Part shown: one piece after another, positions 10,220-19,200 of the stretch
Layout: each line of letters begins with the position of its first letter
Numbering within the stretch: the first letter of the stretch is position 1
DNA from: Steroidobacteraceae bacterium
GTDB taxonomy: Bacteria > Pseudomonadota > Gammaproteobacteria > Steroidobacterales > Steroidobacteraceae
Length of the DNA: 64,000 bases
Direction: 5' to 3'
Assembly: GCA_035624385.1 (NCBI GenBank)
Contig: DASPRP010000002.1
Coordinates: 7,702 to 71,701 of the forward strand
Program-made: the position numbers and the translations under genes
The notes under the pieces: model-generated
Told to the model about the DNA's origin: nothing
Database searches by the model: none
Seen by the model: the letters and a program-made list of their open reading frames with translations, nothing else

Positions 10220-10294
10220 ATGCGCTGGGAAACTCCGCGGGCGGTCGAGCTGCGTTTCGGCATGGAAGTCACGATGTATATCGCCAGGCGCTAG
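10220..10294 (+). CDS. pqqA: Pyrroloquinoline quinone precursor peptide PqqA
   Basis: Not in the ORF track (24 codons). Read directly as atg cgc tgg gaa ... tag = MRWETPRAVELRFGMEVTMYIARR. It matches the PqqA consensus, including the conserved E-x3-Y (EVTMY) that is cross-linked to form PQQ. AGGAG RBS about 8 nt upstream; located immediately upstream of pqqB. Confidence 0.9.
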   Translation: MRWETPRAVELRFGMEVTMYIARR

Positions 10295-10311
10295 TACCTG
10301 GCTGCAGGCGG

Positions 10312-10327
10312 CCGGGCACCGGCCCGG
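10312..10327 (+). promoter_or_regulatory. GC-rich hairpin between pqqA and pqqB (possible attenuator or stabiliser)
   Basis: CCGGGC (10312-10317), loop ACCG, GCCCGG (10322-10327), beginning 18 nt after the pqqA stop. There is no T-tract. Confidence 0.3.
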
Positions 10328-10355
10328 AATGGTCGCGCCTTAAGCTCGATGCATC

Positions 10356-11276
10356 GTGAGAATCCGGGTACTGGGGTCTGCCGCCGGCGGCGGGTTTCCC
10401 CAGTGGAATTGCAACTGCCATAACTGCTCGGGCGTGCGCCGCGGCACGGTGCGTGCCGCGCCGAGGACGCAGTCCTCGATCGCCGTCGCCGGCTCCGGGA
10501 CGGACGCCTGGGCGCTCGTCAACGCATCTCCCGATATCCTCGCGCAGCTCAAGAGCTGCCCCGAGCTGCAGCCCGCACGGGCGCCGCGCGACACCGGGAT
10601 CGCGGGCATCGTGCTGGTCGATGCGCAGATCGATCACACCGCCGGGCTCTTCATGCTGCGCGAGTCCACGGCGCCGCTCGCCATCTGGTGCACCGACGCG
10701 GCCTACGCCGACTTGAGCGGCGGCAATCCGATCTTCAGGGTGCTCGGGCACTACTGCGGCATCGACCGGCGGCGCATGGCGAGCTCGGGCGAGGAGTTCG
10801 CGGTCGACGGAGTCGCGGGCGTGCGCTGGCGGGCGCTCGCGGTGGCGAGCAAGCCCGCGCCGTACTCGCCGCATCGCGCGGCTCCGATCCCGGGCGACAA
10901 CGTGGCGCTCGTCATCAGCGATACCGCGACCGGCCGGGCCGCGGTGTACGCGCCCGGGCTCGGGGCCATGGAGCCGGCGCTGTGGCGCGCGCTCGAGGCG
11001 GCGGCCTGTGTGCTCATCGACGGCACCTTCTGGAGCGATGAGGAGATGATGGCGCAGGGCCTGGCGTCGAAGCGCGCCCGCGACCTCGGCCATTTGCCCC
11101 AGAGTGGCGCCGGCGGCATGCTCGAGTGGCTCGGGAAGCTGCCGCGCGCCACGCGCAGGATCCTCATCCACGTGAACAACACCAATCCGATCCTGGACGA
11201 AGACTCGCCCGAGCGCGCGGTGCTGGCACGGGCCGGCGTCGAGGTCGCCTGGGACGGAATGGAGATCGCGCTGTGA
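10356..11276 (+). CDS. pqqB: PQQ biosynthesis protein B (metallo-beta-lactamase fold)
   Basis: 306 aa with a GTG start. The N-terminus [29 protein letters not shown] is diagnostic for PqqB. Confidence 0.95.
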   Translation: MRIRVLGSAAGGGFPQWNCNCHNCSGVRRGTVRAAPRTQSSIAVAGSGTDAWALVNASPDILAQLKSCPELQPARAPRDTGIAGIVLVDAQIDHTAGLFMLRESTAPLAIWCTDAAYADLSGGNPIFRVLGHYCGIDRRRMASSGEEFAVDGVAGVRWRALAVASKPAPYSPHRAAPIPGDNVALVISDTATGRAAVYAPGLGAMEPALWRALEAAACVLIDGTFWSDEEMMAQGLASKRARDLGHLPQSGAGGMLEWLGKLPRATRRILIHVNNTNPILDEDSPERAVLARAGVEVAWDGMEIAL

Positions 11277-11971
11277 GCGAGGCCGCCTGGTCGCGCGCGG
11301 ACTTCGAGGCGCGCCTGCGCGAGCGCGGCCGCGCTTATCACATCCATCACCCCTTCAACATCATGCTCAACTCCGGCAAGGCGAGCCGCGAGCAGATCCG
11401 TGGCTGGGTGGCGAACCGCTACTACTACCAGGTCAGCATCCCGCTGAAGGACGCGGCGATCATCGCCAACTGCGACGAGCGCGGGGTACGCCGCAACTGG
11501 GTGCAGCGCATCCTCGACCATGACGGCTACGGCGAGGATCCCGGCGGCATCGAATCGTGGCTGCGGCTCGCGGAGGCCGTCGGCCTCGAGCGTGCCGAGG
11601 TCGAGAGCCTTTCGCTGCTGCTGCCCGGCGTGCGCTTCGCGGTCGATGCGTACGTCAACTTCGCGCGCCGCGCACCCTGGCCGGAAGGCGTGTGCGCCTC
11701 GCTCACGGAGCTGTTCGCGCCGGAGATCCACCGCCAGCGCCTGGCAGGCTGGCCGCAGCATTACCCGTGGATCGATCCCGCGGGCCTCGGCTATTTCCAG
11801 AGTCGCATGAGCCGCGCCCGGCGCGATGTCGAGTTCGCCCTCGCCGTGACCCTCGAGCGCTTCAGCACGCGTCCGGCACAGGAGCGCGCGCTCGAGGTCC
11901 TCAAGCTCAAGCTCGACATCCTCTGGCAGATGAACGATGCGATGGCGCTTGCGTATGGAGTGACGCCGTGA
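11273..11971 (+). CDS. pqqC: Pyrroloquinoline-quinone synthase PqqC
   Basis: Track ORF 11126..11971, trimmed to the GTG at 11273 that overlaps the pqqB stop (GTGA). [32 protein letters not shown] is the PqqC signature. Confidence 0.93.
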   Translation: MSEAAWSRADFEARLRERGRAYHIHHPFNIMLNSGKASREQIRGWVANRYYYQVSIPLKDAAIIANCDERGVRRNWVQRILDHDGYGEDPGGIESWLRLAEAVGLERAEVESLSLLLPGVRFAVDAYVNFARRAPWPEGVCASLTELFAPEIHRQRLAGWPQHYPWIDPAGLGYFQSRMSRARRDVEFALAVTLERFSTRPAQERALEVLKLKLDILWQMNDAMALAYGVTP

Positions 11972-12246
11972 GCGCACTGAGCGCCAGCGCGCGGCCCGCG
12001 ATCGCCCACGGCCTGCGGCTGCAGTGGGAGCCGGCACAGGAGGCGCACGTGCTCCTCTACCCCGAGGGCATGGTGAAGCTCAACGGCAGCGCCGGGGCGA
12101 TCCTCGCGCGCTGCGACGGGGTGCGTACGCTGGCGGAGATCGTCGCGGACCTCGAGCGCACCTACGGCGCTGCGGATCTCGGCGACGACGTCGCGGCGTT
12201 TGTCGAGCTCGCCCTCGAGCGGCGCTGGCTGGAGCTGCGCGCATGA
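11968..12246 (+). CDS. pqqD: PQQ biosynthesis peptide chaperone PqqD
   Basis: In-frame GTG at 11968 overlaps the pqqC stop. The 92 aa product reads [36 protein letters not shown]...IVADLERTY. Confidence 0.9.
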   Translation: MSALSASARPAIAHGLRLQWEPAQEAHVLLYPEGMVKLNGSAGAILARCDGVRTLAEIVADLERTYGAADLGDDVAAFVELALERRWLELRA

Positions 12247-13391
12247 GCGTGGGCCCACCGGAGAGGTCGCATGGCGTGGGCCCACCGCTGTGGCTGCTGC
12301 TCGAGCTCACCTACCGCTGCCCGCTGCACTGCGTCTTCTGTTACAACCCGACCGACTTCGCCGCGGTGGGCGCGGAGCTCCCGGCCTCGGAATGGACGCG
12401 GGTGCTGCGCGAGGCGCGCGCGCTCGGGGCCGTGCAGCTCGGGCTCTCGGGGGGCGAGCCGCTGGTGCGCGAGGACCTCGAGTCCATCGTGGCGGAAGCG
12501 CACGCGCTCGGCTACTACATCAACCTGATCACCTCCGGCGTCGGTATGACCGAGGAGCGTATTCGTGCGCTGAAGCGCGCCGGCCTCGACCACATCCAGC
12601 TGTCGTTCCAGGACAGCACGCGCGAGCTGAACGATTTCCTGAGCAGCACCCGCACCTTCGAGCTTAAGGCGAGGGTGGCGGAGCTCATCCGCAGGTACGA
12701 CTATCCGATGGTGCTCAACGTGGTGCTGCACCGGCTCAACATCGATCACGTCGACGAGATCCTGGCGATGGCGGAGCGCATGGGTGCGCAGTACGTCGAG
12801 CTCGCCAACACGCAGTACTACGGCTGGGCCTGGCTCAACCGCGCGCACCTGCTGCCGAGCCGTGCGCAGCTCGAGCGCGCGGAAGAGGTGACGCGGCGGT
12901 TTCGCGCGCGCGTCCCCGCGATGCAGGTGTACTTCGTGGTGCCGGATTACTTCGAGACGCGCCCCAAGCCGTGCATGAACGGATTGGGGAGCGTGTTTCT
13001 GGCGATCGCGCCCGACGGCCTCGCCATGCCCTGCCACGCCGCGCGCATGCTGCCGGGGCTCGAGTGTCCCAACGTGCGCGCGCACAGCGTGCGCGAGATC
13101 TGGTACGACTCGCCGGCCTTCAATCACTTCCGTGGCGAGGCGTGGATGAAGGAGCCGTGCCGCAGCTGCCCCGAGCGCTCGAAGGACTTCGGCGGCTGCC
13201 GCTGCCAGGCCTATCTTCTGACCGGCGACGCCGCCAATGCGGATCCGGTGTGTGAACTCTCGCCGCATCATCATCTCGTCACCGCGGCCGTGGCCGAGGC
13301 CGAGCACGCCGCGGCCGCACCGCTGATCTTTCGCGACCACCGCATCTCGATCGCGGTCGAGCCGCACCGCGGCACGCCGGCGGCGCGCTGA
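12243..13391 (+). CDS. pqqE: Radical SAM/SPASM enzyme PqqE (PqqA peptide cyclase)
   Basis: ATG at 12243 overlaps the pqqD stop (ATGA). Has LWLLLELTYRCPLHCVFCYNP (CxxxCxxC) and C-terminal SPASM cysteines (CRSCPERSKDFGGCRCQAY). Confidence 0.95.
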   Translation: MSVGPPERSHGVGPPLWLLLELTYRCPLHCVFCYNPTDFAAVGAELPASEWTRVLREARALGAVQLGLSGGEPLVREDLESIVAEAHALGYYINLITSGVGMTEERIRALKRAGLDHIQLSFQDSTRELNDFLSSTRTFELKARVAELIRRYDYPMVLNVVLHRLNIDHVDEILAMAERMGAQYVELANTQYYGWAWLNRAHLLPSRAQLERAEEVTRRFRARVPAMQVYFVVPDYFETRPKPCMNGLGSVFLAIAPDGLAMPCHAARMLPGLECPNVRAHSVREIWYDSPAFNHFRGEAWMKEPCRSCPERSKDFGGCRCQAYLLTGDAANADPVCELSPHHHLVTAAVAEAEHAAAAPLIFRDHRISIAVEPHRGTPAAR

Positions 13392-13402
13392 GGTCGGGCG
13401 CG

Positions 13403-13933
13403 ATGGCCGTTCGCCGGGTGCTCAGGATGGGCGAGCCGCTGCTCCGGGAGGTGGCGGCCCCGGTGACGCGCTTCGACGCCGAGCTCGCCGCGCTCGTCAG
13501 CGACATGGACGACACCATGAGGGCCTCGAGCGGCGCCGGGATCGCCGCGCCGCAGATCGGCGTGAGCCTGCGCGTGGTGATCTTCGAGCTGAAGGACAAT
13601 CCGCGCTACCCGCAGCTGACGCCCGTGCCCTACACGGTTCTGGTGAATCCGCAGCTCACCGTGCTCGATGAGGAGCAGGAAGAGGGCTGGGAAGGCTGCC
13701 TCTCGGTCCCCGGGATGCGCGGCCTGGTGCCGCGCTACCGGCGGCTGCGCTACCAGGGCTTCGATGCCTGCGGCGCGCCCCTCGACCGCACGGTCGAAGG
13801 CTTTCACGCGCGCGTCGTGCAGCACGAAGTAGATCATCTCGATGGCATACTCTATCCGCAGCGGGTGCGGGACCTGCGCAACTTCGGGTTCGAGGACGTG
13901 CTCGCCGGGCAGATGACGCCCATGCCGGGCTGA
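13403..13933 (+). CDS. def: Peptide deformylase (paralog-type, RMGEPLL N-terminus)
   Basis: 176 aa, starting 11 nt after the pqqE stop. All three PDF motifs are present: GAGIAAPQIG, EGCLSVPG and QHEVDHLDG. The RMGxPxL N-terminus and the RDLRNFGFE C-terminus resemble the second-copy Def type that I recall from beta- and gammaproteobacteria. Confidence 0.88.
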   Translation: MAVRRVLRMGEPLLREVAAPVTRFDAELAALVSDMDDTMRASSGAGIAAPQIGVSLRVVIFELKDNPRYPQLTPVPYTVLVNPQLTVLDEEQEEGWEGCLSVPGMRGLVPRYRRLRYQGFDACGAPLDRTVEGFHARVVQHEVDHLDGILYPQRVRDLRNFGFEDVLAGQMTPMPG

Positions 13934-13958
13934 GCCCATGAGCCCCAAGGAGACTCGC

Positions 13959-14375
13959 ATGACTCATCACGCCAGCGGGCCCTTCGAGGTCAAGGTCACG
14001 CCGCAGAAACCCGACACGCAGATCGCGCGTTCGGCCAACCTCGGGCGGCTGACGATCGACAAGCGCTTCCACGGCGATCTCGAGGCGAGCGCCAAGGGCG
14101 AGATGCTCGCCACCCAGAGCGAGGTCAAGGGCTCGGCCGGCTACGTGGCGCTCGAGCGTGTCACGGGCAAGCTCCAGGGCCGCGCCGGCAGCTTCGTGCT
14201 GCTGCACAGCGCCACCATGAGGCGCGGCGCGCCCGAATCGACCATCACGGTCGTGCCCGACTCGGGCACCGGCGAGCTCACGGGCCTCACCGGCAGCATG
14301 CGCATCAAGGTGGCGCCCGACGGCGCCCATTCCTACGAGTTCGACTTCAGGATCGAGCCGCGGCCGGCCGACTGA
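13959..14375 (+). CDS. DUF3224 domain protein
   Basis: Track ORF 13938..14375. The Met at 13959 is preferred because an AAGGAG lies 6 nt upstream. The pattern ASGPFEVKVTPQ...GRLTIDKRFHGDLEASAKGEML...GYVALERVTGKLQGRAGSFVLLH fits DUF3224 as I recall it. Confidence 0.6.
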   Translation: MTHHASGPFEVKVTPQKPDTQIARSANLGRLTIDKRFHGDLEASAKGEMLATQSEVKGSAGYVALERVTGKLQGRAGSFVLLHSATMRRGAPESTITVVPDSGTGELTGLTGSMRIKVAPDGAHSYEFDFRIEPRPAD

Positions 14376-14829
14376 CGCGCACGTCGCGCTCCATGCGGAT
14401 CGCAGCCTCGATTCCCTGGTAGTAGCCCGGTACGTGTCCCACCTCGCGGTAGCCGAGCGCGCGGTAGAAGTCGCGCGCCGGCTCGTTGAGCGCGCGCAGC
14501 TCGAGCCCGACGATGAAGGTACCAGCGGTGAGCGCGGTCTCCTCGAGCCAGGTCACCAGACGCCGCGCGATGCCGCGGCGGCGGTACGCGGGATCGACCG
14601 CCAGCAGGTTGAGGTGTGCGGCCTCGTCGGCGTAGCGCATGATGGCGAAGCCGGCGATGGTGCGGTCGCTGCGCGCGGTCAGCACCACGCTCTCGGGATG
14701 GCGCACGTACCAGCGGATGCGCTCGGCGCCCCACGCCGGCCGCAGGCCGGACTCGATGAGCTCATGCGACATGGCCGCGAGCCGCGCCGCATCGCTGACA
14801 CGGGCTGGCTCGAGGCGATAGTCCTGCAC
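14347..14829 (-). CDS. GNAT family N-acetyltransferase (RimI-like)
   Basis: 160 aa. The segment AVDPAYRRRGIARRLVTWLEE...NEPARDFYRALGYRE is the acetyl-CoA-binding motif A/B of GNATs. Its 3' end overlaps the convergent DUF3224 gene by 29 nt. Confidence 0.8.
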   Translation of the reverse strand: MQDYRLEPARVSDAARLAAMSHELIESGLRPAWGAERIRWYVRHPESVVLTARSDRTIAGFAIMRYADEAAHLNLLAVDPAYRRRGIARRLVTWLEETALTAGTFIVGLELRALNEPARDFYRALGYREVGHVPGYYQGIEAAIRMERDVRVSRPAAARS

Positions 14830-14837
14830 GGTGGTCC

Positions 14838-15560
14838 TCAGGCGAGCGTGTGGAAGACCCGCTGGACGTCGTCGTCCTGCTCCAGGCGATCGATTAGCGT
14901 GAGCACCTCGGTGGCCTGCGCCTCGGGCAGCTCCGTGGGCGCGGTGCAGATGTACTCATGCTCGGCCGAGAGCGGCGTCAGGCCGCGCGCCTCGAGCGCC
15001 TCCTGCAGCTTGCCGAAATCCGCGAACGCGCAGCGGATCACCAGCTGCGGCTCGCCTTTCTCACCCGTGCTCTCGCCCATCTCCTCGAGACCGTGATCGA
15101 TGAGATAGAGCTCGAGGTCATCCTGGTCGATGCCGGCGGGATCGAGCCGGAAGACGCCCATCTTCTTGAACAGGAAGCTGACGCTGCCGCTGGTGGCGAG
15201 GTTGCCGCCGTTCTTGGTGATGACGTTGCGGACCGCCGCCACCGTGCGCGTCGGGTTGTCGGTCGCGGTCTCCACCAGCAGCGCCACGCCATGCGGCGCG
15301 TAGCCCTCGTAGAGCACCTCGTGATAGTTGGTGGCATCCCGCCCCGAGGCGCGCTTGATCGCGGCCTCGATGCGGTCCTTGGGCATGTTGACGGCGCGCG
15401 CGTTCTGAATGGTCCGGCGCAGCACGGGATTGGAGGCCGGATCCGGGCCACCCGACTTGACGGCCATGGTGATGTCCTTCGCGATGCGGGCGAATTGCTT
15501 CGCCATGCGGTTCCACCGCGCGAACATCGTGTGCTTGCGGACTTCGAAGATGCGCCCCAT
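14838..15560 (-). CDS. yebC: YebC/PmpR family DNA-binding transcriptional regulator
   Basis: 240 aa. [71 protein letters not shown] is the YebC family N-terminus. Confidence 0.9.
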   Translation of the reverse strand: MGRIFEVRKHTMFARWNRMAKQFARIAKDITMAVKSGGPDPASNPVLRRTIQNARAVNMPKDRIEAAIKRASGRDATNYHEVLYEGYAPHGVALLVETATDNPTRTVAAVRNVITKNGGNLATSGSVSFLFKKMGVFRLDPAGIDQDDLELYLIDHGLEEMGESTGEKGEPQLVIRCAFADFGKLQEALEARGLTPLSAEHEYICTAPTELPEAQATEVLTLIDRLEQDDDVQRVFHTLA

Positions 15561-15626
15561 GGCGGGCTATTGTAGCGCGGCGCAGCCCCGCCTCTTGCCG
15601 GCGAGTGCTTATCCGCGAGTGGGTGG

Positions 15627-15655
15627 CCTGCGGAAAAGCCCGCAGGACTTTTCGG
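15627..15655. terminator. Hairpin between the desaturase and yebC genes
   Basis: CCTGCGG (15627-15633), loop AAAAGC, CCGCAGG (15640-15646), followed by ACTTTTCGG on the + strand. Both flanking genes are on the - strand, where no T-tract follows, so its role is uncertain. Confidence 0.3.
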
Positions 15656-15660
15656 CTCGC

Positions 15661-16809
15661 CTAGGCGAGTTGCGCCTGCAGCAGCCGCATGCGCCGACGC
15701 TGGCGGCCGAGCGCGCGCTCGATGTCCCGGAGCTTGCCCTGCAGCTCCGAGTGCTGCCACTGCTCGATGACGGCGCGCCGTTTCTCCTCGAGCCACTGTT
15801 CCTTGACGCGCGCCCAGTCGGCGATCGCGGCGAGGAACGCCTCGTACTCGTGCGCGATGCGCGCGCGCAGCTGCTCGATGTGCGAGTGGCCCACGCTGGG
15901 TAGATCGGCCAGGCGCTTCTCGGCGCGCGTGAACTGCATGGCGAGCAGCGCGCGCTGGATCTGGAACCAGGGGGTGCGCTTGAGGCGTCGGGTGAGCCCG
16001 ACGCACGCGAGGCCGGCGATCAGCCACTTGGTCGGGTCCCACTGCCACCAGCGCACGCCGTTGCGGTAGTCGTGGGCGAAGATGTGGTGGAAGTTATGGT
16101 AGCCCTCGCCGTAGGTGATCACGGCGAGCGCCGGATTGTCGCGCGCGGTGTTGTCCTCGGTGTACGGGCGGCTGCCCCACATGTGGGCGAGCGAGTTGAT
16201 GAAGAAGGTGACGTGGTGGCTCCACACGAGGCGCAGCACCCCGGCGAGGATCAGCATGCCCCAGACGTCGTGGAACGCGAGGCCGGCGGCGAGCGGCAGG
16301 CCGAAATTCAGCGCCACCGCCAGCGGCACGTAGTAGCGGTGCTGGAAGGCGAGCAGCCGGTCCTTCTTCAGGTCGGGAATGTTGGCGAAGTCCGGCTTGC
16401 CGCTCGGGTATTCGCGCAGCATCCAGCCGATGTGCGAGAACCAGAAGCCGCGCCGCGCCGAGTACGGGTCGCGATCGACGTCGTCGACGTAGAGGTGATG
16501 GCTGCGATGCCCGCTGCACCAGACGAAGGCGCTGTTCTGCAGCGCCATGGTGCCGAAGATCAGATAGAAGATGCGCAAGCCCAGATGCGCCTCGTAGGTG
16601 CGGTGCGCCCACAGGCGGTGATAGCCGCCGGTGATCGATATGCCGTTCGCGACCAGGAAGAAGACGAAGATGCCCCAGTCCGCGGCCGTGAAGCCGTAGC
16701 GCAGGCCGTACCAGGGCACCAGCACCGCCGCGGCGGCGGCCGTGAGGGCGAACATCAGGGCGTTCGCCCAGATCAGCGGTGGCTTTGTCGCGGCGGAGGC
16801 TTGCGGCAT
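15661..16809 (-). CDS. Acyl-CoA (delta-9 type) fatty acid desaturase
   Basis: Track ORF 15661..16893, trimmed to MPQASAATKPPLIW (cat at 16807-16809; the alternative start is 16854). Histidine boxes HRLWAH, HRSHH and HNFHHIFAHDY are present, with a C-terminal coiled-coil tail. Confidence 0.85.
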   Translation of the reverse strand: MPQASAATKPPLIWANALMFALTAAAAAVLVPWYGLRYGFTAADWGIFVFFLVANGISITGGYHRLWAHRTYEAHLGLRIFYLIFGTMALQNSAFVWCSGHRSHHLYVDDVDRDPYSARRGFWFSHIGWMLREYPSGKPDFANIPDLKKDRLLAFQHRYYVPLAVALNFGLPLAAGLAFHDVWGMLILAGVLRLVWSHHVTFFINSLAHMWGSRPYTEDNTARDNPALAVITYGEGYHNFHHIFAHDYRNGVRWWQWDPTKWLIAGLACVGLTRRLKRTPWFQIQRALLAMQFTRAEKRLADLPSVGHSHIEQLRARIAHEYEAFLAAIADWARVKEQWLEEKRRAVIEQWQHSELQGKLRDIERALGRQRRRMRLLQAQLA

Positions 16810-16905
16810 GAGGCGGCTCGGTATCCTTATCGGCAGGGCGGCGTAAGTTAACATGGCCGGCCCCCGGAAGTGGGACTTGCGTCTTATTGGCATTACGATA
16901 AATCC

Positions 16906-17961
16906 ATGAGTCCGATTCGTGACCCCGCCGCGGCGAGGGGGGAAGCTCTGCCGTGGCAGTGCCTGGGCCTGGCCGTTGCCTGGCTGGCGCTGGCGCCCGT
17001 CGCGCAGGCGGAACGGGCCTACGTCAGCAACGAGGACGACGGGACGGTCACCGTCATCGACGCCGATCGCAGCGCGGCAATCGCCACGATCGCCGTCGGC
17101 AAGCGCCCGCGGGGCCTGGCGCTGAGTCCCGACGGCCGGCTGCTGTACGTCGCGGTGAGCGGCGTGCCGAAGTGCCCGCCGCCGCTGACGGACGCGCAGT
17201 GCGCGCAGCTCAAGCGCGACCCTTCCGCCGACGGTATCGCGGTCATCGACACGGCGGCGCTCGCGCGCACGCGCCTTCTCACGGGAGTCACCGACCCGGA
17301 GCGCGTCGCCGTGAGCCGCGACGGCCGCCGGCTGTTCGTCTCGGAGGAGGACGCCGCGCGGCTCGCGGTCGTCGATGCGGCGCGCGGCCGGGTGCTGGCG
17401 ACCGTGGCGGTGGGCCGCGAGCCCGAGGGCGTGCGCCTCTCGCCCAACGGGCGCTGGGTGCTGGTCACGAGTGAGGAGGACAACAGCGTGACCATCGTCG
17501 ACGCGAGCTCCTACGCAATCCTGGCCAGGGCCACCGTCGGGGCACGCCCGCGCGACCTGGCGTTCACCTCCGACAGCCGCCTGGCTTACGTGTCCGGAGA
17601 GGCGGACGCGAGCATCTATCGCGTCACGGTCCCCGCCGGCGCTCCCAGCGGCGAGTTCTTCAGGCTGGCCCCGCAGGCGCGTCCCATGGGCGTGGCGCTC
17701 GATACGCAGCGCGGACGCCTCTACGTGGGGACCGGCCGCGCCGGCACGGTGGCGGTCGTGGCGATCGACGGACCCAGCCTCGTCGCCGAGGTCGCCTGTG
17801 GCGGACGCCCGTGGGGGATCGCGCTGGCGGCAAGTGGACAGCGCCTCTACAGCCCCGACGGTCCGGCCGGGGACGTGGCAATCGTCGACACCGCAACTGC
17901 GGCCGTGACGGCCCGGGTCGCCACCGGCAGAGGCCCCTGGGCGGTGGTGACGGGTCCGTAA
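16906..17961 (+). CDS. Secreted YVTN-family beta-propeller repeat protein
   Basis: Track ORF 16870..17961, with Met at 16906 and a signal peptide (LGLAVAWLALAPVAQA). Contains repeated units of about 40 aa: YVSNEDDGTVTVIDA...IAVGKRPRGLALSPDGRLLYVA, VAVGREPEGVRLSPNGRWVLV and ATVGARPRDLAFTSD. Confidence 0.75.
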   Translation: MSPIRDPAAARGEALPWQCLGLAVAWLALAPVAQAERAYVSNEDDGTVTVIDADRSAAIATIAVGKRPRGLALSPDGRLLYVAVSGVPKCPPPLTDAQCAQLKRDPSADGIAVIDTAALARTRLLTGVTDPERVAVSRDGRRLFVSEEDAARLAVVDAARGRVLATVAVGREPEGVRLSPNGRWVLVTSEEDNSVTIVDASSYAILARATVGARPRDLAFTSDSRLAYVSGEADASIYRVTVPAGAPSGEFFRLAPQARPMGVALDTQRGRLYVGTGRAGTVAVVAIDGPSLVAEVACGGRPWGIALAASGQRLYSPDGPAGDVAIVDTATAAVTARVATGRGPWAVVTGP

Positions 17962-17990
17962 CGTGCTACCGTTGCGCTGAGGACACCACC

Positions 17991-19199
17991 ATGTTTGAAC
18001 GGCTCGAGCTGATCACGGCCGACAGCATCCTCAGCCTCATGGCCGCGTTCCGCGCCGACCCCGATCCGCGCAAGGTGGATCTCGGCGTCGGCGTGTACCG
18101 CGACGCCGAGGGCGAGACGCCGGTACCGGCGGCCGTGCGCAAGGCCGAGCGTGCCCTCATCGAGCGCCAGACCACCAAGACCTACGTAGGACCGGCGGGA
18201 AACCCCGGCTTCAATCAGGAGATGGCGCGGCTGGTGCTGGGGAGCGAGCACGCGGCGCTCGGCGCCGGCAGGGTGCGCATCATCCAGAGTCCGGGCGGGT
18301 GCGGGGCGCTGCGTCTCGGGGCGGAGCTGATCCGCTTCGCCTCGCCCGACTCGGTGGTGCTGCTCAGCACGCCGACCTGGGTCAACCATGTGCCACTCCT
18401 CTCAGGCAGCGGGCTCAAGCTCGAGCACTATCCGTACTACGGGGCCGCGTCGGGCGGGGTGCTGTTCTCCGACATGCTGGCGGCCTTCGAGCGGCTGCCG
18501 CCGCGGGCCGCGGTGCTGCTGCACGCTTCCTGTCACAACCCGACCGGCGCCGACCTGTCGCCGGGTGAGTGGCGGGAGCTGCTCTCGCTGGTGAAGCGCC
18601 GGCGGCTGCTGCCCTTCATCGACATGGCTTACCAGGGCCTCGGCGAGGGACTCGATGCCGACGCCTTCGGTCTGCGCCTCTTCTGCGCCGAGCTGCCCGA
18701 GGTGCTGTTCGCCGTGTCGTGCTCGAAGAACTTCGGCCTCTACCGCGAGCGCACCGGTGCGCTCGGCATCCTGTGCGAGTCGCCGGCGCAGGCCGACGCC
18801 GCCATGAGTCAGCTGGTGCGCCTGGCGCGCGGCTTGTGGTCGATGCCGCCGGATCACGGCGCCGCCATCGTCCACGGGATCCTGAGCGATACGGCGCTGC
18901 GCGCGCAGTGGATCGCCGAGGTCGATCTCATGCGCGAGCGTGTCCAGGGCTTGCGGCGCGAGGTGGTGCGGCACCTTGCGGAGTATTGTCCGGGCCGCGA
19001 CTTCAGCTTCATCGCGCGCCATCACGGCATGTTCTCGCTGTTTGGGATCACCAGCGAGCAGGTACAGGAGCTGCGCGCGCGCCATCATGTCTACATGATC
19101 GGGGACAGCCGCATGAACATCGCGGGTCTGCGGCGCGAGAATCTCGAATACTTCGCGCGCTCGGTGGCCGCGGTGCTCGAGGGCGCGGCGAGCCGCTGA
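17991..19199 (+). CDS. Aromatic-amino-acid/aspartate aminotransferase (class I, AspC/TyrB type)
   Basis: Track ORF 17811..19199, trimmed to MFERLELITADSILSLMAAFRADPDPRKVDLGVGVYRD (ATG at 17991). Has SCSKNFGLYRERTG (PLP lysine) and SRMNIAG. Confidence 0.9.
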   Translation: MFERLELITADSILSLMAAFRADPDPRKVDLGVGVYRDAEGETPVPAAVRKAERALIERQTTKTYVGPAGNPGFNQEMARLVLGSEHAALGAGRVRIIQSPGGCGALRLGAELIRFASPDSVVLLSTPTWVNHVPLLSGSGLKLEHYPYYGAASGGVLFSDMLAAFERLPPRAAVLLHASCHNPTGADLSPGEWRELLSLVKRRRLLPFIDMAYQGLGEGLDADAFGLRLFCAELPEVLFAVSCSKNFGLYRERTGALGILCESPAQADAAMSQLVRLARGLWSMPPDHGAAIVHGILSDTALRAQWIAEVDLMRERVQGLRREVVRHLAEYCPGRDFSFIARHHGMFSLFGITSEQVQELRARHHVYMIGDSRMNIAGLRRENLEYFARSVAAVLEGAASR

Positions 19200-19200
19200 C

